From the NCBI GenBank assembly GCA_964016885.1, contig OZ024759.1, forward strand, positions 13,082,001-13,146,000: a DNA stretch of 64,000 bases. Direction: 5' to 3'. Each line of letters opens with the position of its first letter. Within the stretch, counting starts at the first letter, position 1. The translations under genes and the position numbers were made by a program. Below are positions 55,620-64,000 of the stretch, in pieces. The notes beneath the pieces are model-generated. The model was not told where the DNA came from. It worked only from the letters and a program-made list of their open reading frames with translations, and did no database searches. Origin of the DNA: Eledone cirrhosa (lineage: Eukaryota).

Positions 55620-56070
55620 TTTCCCCGGAGGATGGTAAGGGAGATGCGCTAGAAGAGCCATTCCATCTCGCACACCTCCGGCTGGCTAGCTCAGCGCCTA
55701 TGGTGGTGAGTAGGGAGGTAACCCTAGAGCTAAGGACACCAGAAGTATCCACTGCCAAGGACACGACCGCAAACTTGTCGGAGAGCGACCGGTACTTGGA
55801 GAGTTTGCCCTCCTCAGCCCGAAGTGCAGCAGAACCTGGGTTAGTCGCAGACTGCACCTGGTTGCAGCTGGAGAAAGTGTTGCTACAAGTGGCATCCCAG
55901 ACGAGAGGTTTACCACCGCGGAACGAGAAGATGGTCACCCGGTCTGGCATTTTGCCGTCCCCTCGGTCCAGCTCCACCAGCTCGAGCTGGGCGGGGAAGC
56001 CTGCGGCATCAAAACCATGCTTTCAGACCTCGCTGAGGGCAGCATGGCGTGGAAGGCGGCTGGCAGTGTA
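55620..56070 (-). mobile_element. Inverted CRE restriction-like endonuclease fragment
   Basis: RHAAL, RGDGKMPD, GKPLVWDATC, AEEGKLSKY, EWLF*RISLTILRGN. Confidence 0.85.
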
Positions 56071-56559
56071 GACATTAATTATTGTTAGGAACCTTATAGA
56101 TACAATACACAACAAATATATTATCAAAGTGAGAAGAGAAAAACACCCTATCAATTCAACATATCAAATATACCTCGTATATATATTTTGAAGTAACGTT
56201 TGACTAAATTAATGAGGTAAGTCTAACCTTTGGTTATTTAAACTTTGTTAAGTGTAAATATTATCCAAGCCATGCTTTATGACCTCGACCGTAAGTTGAA
56301 TGTTTCTAAGTTTTCTTATATATTCATGTATATTTAATGTAATTTTAATATTAATTCAATGTGTCACGCATTTCCGACTGTTATTTTCTTTTCTGCCGCT
56401 ATTTTCAAACCGTTTAACCGCTTAATTATGTAATTTTTTTCTAATGCTGGTGGGAAATTTATTATACAAAGCTTAGAAATAAATTTACAGTAGAATAACA
56501 TAACTAATATGTTTTAAATATATACATAAATAACATTACAAATGCCCAGATAACATAAA

Positions 56560-56950
56560 TTGCTAGCGATTCTTTCAGAAGGATATATTCTTTTAATGTT
56601 ACAATATTAAAGACAATGTAAAGGAAGGGGTGAACAACCGAGCCAACACCAGAGCAAAACACAGCAGCGATGAGTACCGGGCAACCTTCTCTAATGATTT
56701 TTGAGGCAAGCCAGCACACTCACAGCGTTGCCTCGGGTGATGGCGAGGCTGATGCGCTGGAACAACCAAGCGCCCTCGCGAGATTCGCCAGTTACCTCTA
56801 TTAGGCAAGCCGCCAGTGAAGAGAGGAACCTCGCAGTCAGCGGCCCGATTCTCCCAAACGTCTCGAAAGCCGCAGGCTGAAAAATGTAGCTGGCCGACAG
56901 ATCACAGTATTCGAGGGTCTTACGAAATTCTGTGTTGATCCTGGCCGAGT
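56560..56950 (-). mobile_element. Second CRE-clade 3' end
   Basis: FQPAAFETFG..ESREGAWLFQRISLAITRGNA. Confidence 0.82.
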
Positions 56951-57319
56951 CCATTCCTTCCAGACAACTCTGGATTTAATGCGTGGCTTCTGTGTACTGG
57001 GTGCAATTATTGCACCGCAGTGCACAGCAGTGCACTGCGTAGAAACCAACGATTTCGATCGGCCCGGGCTAAATTATTTACACCTACACATAATCCTGTA
57101 TTTACCACTAATAACTAAATGTGTACGCTCTGAATGGCAGACTGGCGCTTCGGAAGTGCGATTGGGAAACTTCAATGTACTAGCACAAACTCAGTTTGTC
57201 TAATTTGGTACACTTATATATATATAAGCTCCACATATATATATGTGTGTGTTCAAATCATAAGGGATTTCTTCCTTGAGCTTATTTGAAAAGAGAATAT
57301 TGTGAGTTTTTAACACGGC

Positions 57320-57382
<63 letters not shown>

Positions 57383-57543
57383 GAAGGAGTTGTGGTAAGG
57401 AACCAGATGGACCATAACGCACCAGAGTACTCAATACTTAGGGTAGTAGAGTGGGTAATAGGAGAAAGTATGACCAAAGGGATAACTTGAACCGTTAACG
57501 TATATTATCCTTGGTTATGTCAAATATTTATAAAACATTTTGT

Positions 57544-57602
57544 ATTTTATCTGATGATAGCGTACCAAAATGTTGGTACCCTTGAAATATATATAATAGA
57601 AT
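57544..57602 (+). ncRNA. Type I hammerhead ribozyme, family A (diverged)
   Basis: attttat CUGAUGA tagc-gtacca(aaatgt)tggtac-cctt GAAA tatata UA atagaat. Confidence 0.75.
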
Positions 57603-58197
57603 ATAGTTTTATAAATATAGTTTCTATTTATTTAATATCATTTTATATATATATAATTTATGATAGAGAGAGGAGGAACTAGGTACGTTTCGTCATGTGT
57701 GTATTCGTTTTAGTTTTTTATTTTCTGTTTTGAAATCATTGCCACTTTATATAATATACACAAATACGACAACAAGGAGAAAAATACATGCAGACTCTCT
57801 CATGTAGGGAAAGCCGGTGTCTCGCTTTATTTACCTCTTCTTATCATTCTCATGATATCCAGAGCAATTAAAATACATTTAACGGAGACGTATGGGTAGT
57901 GTTCAGTATGTACAAAATGCAGATTCGAAGTTTAATGAAACGAATACCCCGGAACTTCTCTAATATAGTTAAGGCTTACAATCGAATGGATCCGTTAGTA
58001 TTTTTTTTAAAATCAAATTTCATTTATTATAATTCATTGTAAGTGTGTGTGTGTGTGTTTGTGTATATGTATACAAATGTATGTATGTATATTTATATAT
58101 ATATATATATATATAATATATATAGAGATAAATATACACGGGTGTGTATGATTGTGTATAGATGATTATATTAATAAAAGGAATTCCAACTTTGTCT

Positions 58198-58523
58198 GAT
58201 TTACTCGTTTTATTTACAATCCTTTAACATTTATAAGCGTATTATAATGAAATAGTATGGTAGAATATTAAATGTTAAGTGTTAATTGAACAAATACTTT
58301 CATGCTTGCGCAATCTTCAGGTTCATAATGCATGGTGACAGTCAAGTTTGCAATTTTCAACATTTGAAAATTGCAAACTTGACTGTCACCACACATGAAC
58401 CTGAAGATTGCGAAAGCATGAAAGTATTTGTTCAATTAACACTTAACATTTAATATTCTACCATACTATTTCATTATAATAGTATTGTAAATTTTAAAGG
58501 ATTGTAAATAAAACGAGTAAATC
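58198..58523. mobile_element. About 325-bp imperfect palindrome with minimal hammerheads at 58287-58325(-) and 58396-58434(+)
   Basis: tgaac CUGAAGA t-tgc(GNRA)gca-t GAA A(gtat)U U gttca on both arms. Confidence 0.65.
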
Positions 58524-58859
58524 TGCCGTCGGGTCCTATGTATATATATATATAGAGAGAGAGAAAGAACCATATATCGTAGATATAGTATATATATTAA
58601 ATACATATTTCAGAAAGGAATATGTGTTAAGTATGACACGTAATAGAAGGTTTTATAAACAGCTTTTATTAACGGTAAATTACACAGCTCGTCCCTTGTA
58701 CTGTTTCGCTCTGCTGCCCGGTGGCGCCTTTTCTTGATGGCTGCCTCGTTATCCTTCTCGCCTCGTGACTGCACGAGACTTACCCCCTGACTAGCAAACG
58801 ATGACACCAAGATACTAATTAGCAACTATCACAATATGTACTCTAGATGTTGTGTATAG

Positions 58860-59602
58860 TGATGTAGTGGGATAGCAGGCAAACTAACAGGTAGGGAAAA
58901 CTACGTATGCAGTAGATGTGCAGGGAACGTTGGCAGTAATAATCGCAGTGAGAGACACATTTTTCCAATGTAGGTGGGTTCTATAGAAGTGGTTGATAGC
59001 TTCCGGTACCTAGGTGATCAAATTAGCATGGGAGGGGGCTGTTCCGAGGCCATAGTATCTAGAATAAGGACGGGTTGGAAGAAGTTTAGGGAGCTGCTTC
59101 CTCTGTTGACAAAGAAGGGTTTCTCCCTGCGTACGAAACGCCGGTTATATGATGCCTGTGTGATATGCGCGATGCTGCATGGTAGTGAGACATGGGCAGC
59201 AACTGCAGAGGATATGCGATGGCTGGAGAGAAATGAAGCAAGTATGCTCTGTTGGATGTGCAATGTCAATGTGTGTGAACGACCAAGCAGAGACGAGTTG
59301 AGAAAGAAACTGGGTATAAGTTGTAGTGTGCAGGAGAGAAGGCTGAGATGGTATGGACATGTGATGCGCTTGGAGGATGACTGCTGGGTAAAGAACTGCC
59401 AAGAAATCCCAGTGGAAGGAAGACGCAGTAGAAGAAGACCATGAAAAACATGGGCGGAGTTGGTGAGAGCAGACCTCAGATCGCTGAAACTCAGCGATGA
59501 GATGACGAAGGACCGTGACAAGTGGAGGGATGCTGTGCTGAATAACACCCGTCCAACCCTTGCAAGCATTGAAAAGCGGACGTAAAATGATGATGATGAT
59601 GA
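58860..59602 (+). mobile_element. RTE R1 copy
   Basis: ORF 58974-59444 motifs; (GAT)n tail. Confidence 0.92.
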
Positions 59603-59807
59603 TATATATATATGTATACACTACACACACATATATATACATATAATACATGTGTGTGTGTTTGGAAAGTGCGTAACAAGTTACAGGTGGTGCTCCGACG
59701 TAAGTACTCGATGCTACAATAGGCCGTCTCGTATTGCAGAGTTAAGGCGGCTGTTGTGTGCAGAGTGTAAATAAAATTAAGCAGGGTTGAAGTCAGTGTT
59801 GCACATA

Positions 59808-60348
59808 TCATCATCATCATCATTTTACGTCCGCTTTTCCCTGCTTGCAAGGGTGGGACGGGTCTTATTCAGCACAGCATCTCTCCACTCGTCACGGTCC
59901 CTCGTCATCTCCACCGTGAGCTTCAATGATCTGAGGTCTGTTCTCACCACCTCCGCCCATGTTTTTCGTGGTCCACCTCTACCACGTCTTCCTTCAACTG
60001 GCAATTCCTGGCACTTCTTCACCCATCGGCCATCCTCCATGCGCATCACATGTCCATACCACCTCAGTCTCCTCTCCCGTACACTACATTCTATCCCTCT
60101 TATACCCAGTTTCTTTCTCAACTCATCTATGCTTGGTCATTCACACACATTTACACTGCACATCCAACGGAGCATGCTTGCCTCATTTCTCTCCAGCCGT
60201 CGCATATCCTCTGCAGTTGCTGCCCATGTCTCACTACCATGCAGCATCGCGCTCCTCACACAGGCATCATACAACCGGCCTTTCGTACGCAGGGAGAAAC
60301 CCTTCTTCGTCAACAGAGGAAGCAGCTCCCTAAACTTCTTCCAACCCA
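59808..60348 (-). mobile_element. RTE R1 copy, tail-to-tail with the previous one
   Basis: ORFs 59825-60121 and 60137-60349. Confidence 0.92.
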
Positions 60349-60574
60349 TATATATATATAAACTTTATTGGCATATTACAATCGTTTCAATATCGATCAA
60401 CCCAGGGTACAATCATAGTGACCAGGGTTACCTCATCAGATATGCAAATTTATATGTGCAGTTTAAATGTGTCTTTATACATATATTGCAAAAACTGGTG
60501 CAGTAATGCACCAGCTTCAGCATTCAGTAATCAGAAAAAGGGAAGTAGGTGTAAAAACCAAACTCGCTGACTTT

Positions 60575-62812
60575 AATTTGGTTTTCATGCCAATCCTTAC
60601 CTATGGTCATAAATCTTGGGTAATGACCAAAAGAATATAATTGTAAATACAAACAACTGAAATGGGATTCCTCTAAAGGGTCTTTAGAGTAACATTACTC
60701 AATAGAGTATGTAGCTCGGAGATCAGAGAGTCACTTCAGGTAGAGCTGCTACTTCTCCGAATTGAGAGATTACATCTCTGATACTATGGGCATGTGGTTA
60801 GAATGTCTCAGGAAAGAATTGCTGGAGAGTTGCTCCAGGTAGAGTCACTACTTCTCCGAATTGAGAGATCACATCTCTGATACTATGGGCATGTGGTTAG
60901 AATGTCTCAGGAAAGAATTGCTGGAGAGTTGCTCCAGGTAGAGTCACTACTACTCCGAATTGAGAGATCACATCTCTGATACTATGGACATGTGGTTAGA
61001 ATGTCTCAGGAAAGAATTGCTGGAGAGTTGCTCCAGGTAGAGTCACTACTACTCCGAATTGAGAGATCACATCTCTGATACTATGGGCATGTGGTTAGAA
61101 TGTCTCAGGAAAGAATTGCTGGACAGTTGCTCCAGGTAGAGTCACTACTTCTCCGAATTGAGAGATCACATCTCTGATACTATGGACATGTGGTTAGAAT
61201 GTCTCAGGAAAGAATTGCTGGAGAGTTGCTCCAGGTAGAGTCACTACTTCTCCGAATTGAGAGATCACATCTCTGATACTATGGACATGTGGTTAGAATG
61301 TCTCAGGAAAGAATTGCTGGACAGTTGCTCCAGGTAGAGTCACTACTTCTCCGAATTGAGAGATCACATCTCTGATACTATGGACATGTGGTTAGAATGT
61401 CTCAGGAAAGAATTGCTGGAGAGTTGCTCCAGGTAGAGTCACTACTTCTCCGAATTGAGAGATCACATCTCTGATACTATGGACATGTGGTTAGAATGTC
61501 TCAGGAAAGAATTGCTGGAGAGTTGCTCCAGGTAGAGTCACTACTTCTCCGAATTGAGAGATCACATCTCTGATACTATGGACATGTGGTTAGAATGTCT
61601 CAGGAAAGAATTGCTGGAGAGTTGCTCCAGGTAGAGTCACTACTTCTCCGAATTGAGAGATCACATCTCTGATACTATGGGCATGTGGTTAGAATGTCTC
61701 AGGAAAGAATTGCTGGACAGTTGCTCCAGGTAGAGTCACTACTTCTCCGAATTGAGAGATCACATCTCTGATACTATGGACATGTGGTTAGAATGTCTCA
61801 GGAAAGAATTGCTGGAGAGTTGCTCCAGGTAGAGTCACTACTTCTCCGAATTGAGAGATCACATCTCTGATACTATGGGCATGTGGTTAGAATGTCTCAG
61901 GAAAGAATTGCTGGAGAGTTGCTCCAGGTAGAGTCACTACTTCTCCGAATTGAGAGATCACATCTCTGATACTATGGACATGTGGTTAGAATGTCTCAGG
62001 AAAGAATTGCTGGAGAGTTGCTCCAGGTAGAGTCACTACTTCTCCGAATTGAGAGATCACATCTCTGATACTATGGGCATGTGGTTAGAATGTCTCAGGA
62101 AAGAATTGCTGGACAGTTGCTCCAGGTAGAGTCACTACTTCTCCGAATTGAGAGATCACATCTCTGATACTATGGGCATGTGGTTAGAATGTCTCAGGAA
62201 AGAATTGCTGGACAGTTGCTCCAGGTAGAGTCACTACTTCTCCGAATTGAGAGATCACATCTCTGATACTATGGACATGTGGTTAGAATGTCTCAGGAAA
62301 GAATTGCTGGAGAGTTGCTCCAGGTAGAGTCACTACTACTCCGAATTGAGAGATCACATCTCTGATACTATGGACATGTGGTTAGAATGTCTCAGGAAAG
62401 AACTGCTGGACAGATTTTACAGGCAAAACCAACTGGTAGGTGACCCAGGGGTAGACCCTGAGCAAGATGGTAGGATAATTTCCATGAGCTTGGCTGGTCT
62501 CACTTGGGGATCTAGCTGGATCAGTTGAAGATAGGCTGCTTGTGACAGGACCCGCTGGAGGGAATGTTTGAGGACTCTGCCCCTACAACCCTCTCGGGAA
62601 TACTATGGGCATGTGGTTAGAATGTCACAGGAAAGAACTCCTGGACAGATTTTACAGGCAAAGCCAACTGGCAGGAGACCCAGCGGTAGACCCTGAGCAA
62701 GATGGTAGGGTAATTTCCATGAGTTCAGCTGCTTCTAACAGGACCTGCTTGAAAGAGTGTTTTGAGGGCTTTGTTTCCATGACCCTCTCAGGAATAATTG
62801 AGTGAAGGAGAA
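60575..62812 (+). mobile_element. RTE R2 3' end containing a 99-bp tandem array (~60740-62400, about 17 units) and a duplicated terminus
   Basis: PILTYGH.SW..T motif upstream; period of 99; same family as 21945-23160. Confidence 0.85.
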
Positions 62813-62824
62813 GACAGTATATAT

Positions 62825-63937
62825 AGAGAGTTACGGCCCTTGCCATTCTGAGTTCAAATCCCGCCGAGGTTAACTTTGCCTTTCATCCTTACGGGGTTGA
62901 TAAAATAAAGTACCAGTAATGTACTGGGTAATTGCTGGCCTTGTGCCAAAAGTAGAAACAATTATATATATATATAACATAACTGTTATATATACAACTT
63001 ATAAATAATTAGATATGATAGAAGCTTGGTTGGTCTTATTTGATGATCCAACTGGATGTTTTTGAGAAGGTTGCTTCTGACAGGGTCCACTGGAAGGTGC
63101 AAAGACTAAGTGGGTAATGAAGAAGACGATATCTATTTCTGTATATATACAATATAAGGGTAGTGGATTGGCAGAATCGGTAGGGCATCGAACACCCTGC
63201 TTCATAGCATAAAGTTATGGCCCTTTACGTTCTGAGTTCAAATCCTGCCACGGTTAACTTTGCTTTTCATCCTTATGGTGTTGATAAAATAAAGCACCAG
63301 TAATGCACTGGGGTCGATTTAATTGACTTTCCCCTCCCCCCAAAATTGCTGCCTTGTACCTATAGTATAAATCATTATATATACAATATAACTGTTATAT
63401 ATTTAAAGTCTGTCTTAAGCCAGAAGGCTCATTTGGCCGGTGCTTATCTCGGTTTCATGCCGTAAAGCGACTGAGAGTACAAGACTTCCTCCTGGACAGG
63501 ACGCCAGTCCATCGCAGGATTAAACACCCAGTTATTGCTGGTACTCATTTTCAGCTGAGTATACCGGAGCAACGTGAAATAAAGAGTTTTGCTCAAGAAG
63601 ACAGCACGCAACCCAGGAATTGAACCCATGACATTATGATCGTGAGTCCAACACCCTTTCCACCAGACCACAAGCCTCCACAACTGTTATATATACAACT
63701 TATAAATTATTAGATATGATTAAGCTTGGTTGGTATCATTAGTGGATCTAGCTGGTGGATTCGCAGTATCGGTAGAAGGTCGGACGCCATGTTTTCCAGC
63801 ATAGTTACGTCCCTTTACGATCTGAGTTCAAATCCCGCCGAGGTTGACTTTGCCTTTCATCCTTACGGGGTCGATAAAATAAAGTACCAGTAATGCACTG
63901 GGTAATTGCTGGCCTTGTGCCTAAAGTAGAAACAATT
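62825..63937 (+). mobile_element. Cluster of SINE family 1 copies (~62825-62965, 63163-63375, 63755-63937) with a family 2 copy on the minus strand
   Basis: Same A/B-box and central motifs as 8620-9025. Confidence 0.8.
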
Positions 63938-64000
63938 AGTGGATCTAGCTGGATCAACTAGAGACGGTTGCTTCTGATAGGACCTTCAGGGTGTCATATC

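Noticed and set aside
57470-57520. Hairpin-ribozyme-like GUAUAUUA motif
   Set aside because: No matching AGAAACA or loop A elements; a simple hairpin

Overview
Repeat-rich eukaryotic genomic DNA, most likely an octopus or related cephalopod (inferred from the SINE, RTE and microsatellite landscape). One host protein-coding gene is clear: a 7-exon ACBD6-like gene (acyl-CoA-binding domain plus ankyrin repeats) on the + strand, CDS 5279-33284, 768 nt, 255 aa, with all introns GT-AG and phases consistent. The rest is (TA)n, (CAT)n and (GTAT)n microsatellite, about 15 minisatellite arrays (many derived from transposons), tRNA-derived SINEs, RTE/CR1/CRE LINE relics, MITEs, a Helitron and a probable solo LTR. 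Most long ORFs in the supplied track are repeat artefacts. The most notable signal is a set of hammerhead-ribozyme folds in short inserts flanked by (TA)n, probably Penelope-like element ends. These include a family (2443-2510, 51731-51800, partial at 49491-49564) whose three hammerhead core strands are in a non-circularly permuted order and are joined through a kink-turn, with compensatory changes between copies. All structures were folded by eye; nothing was computed or database-searched.
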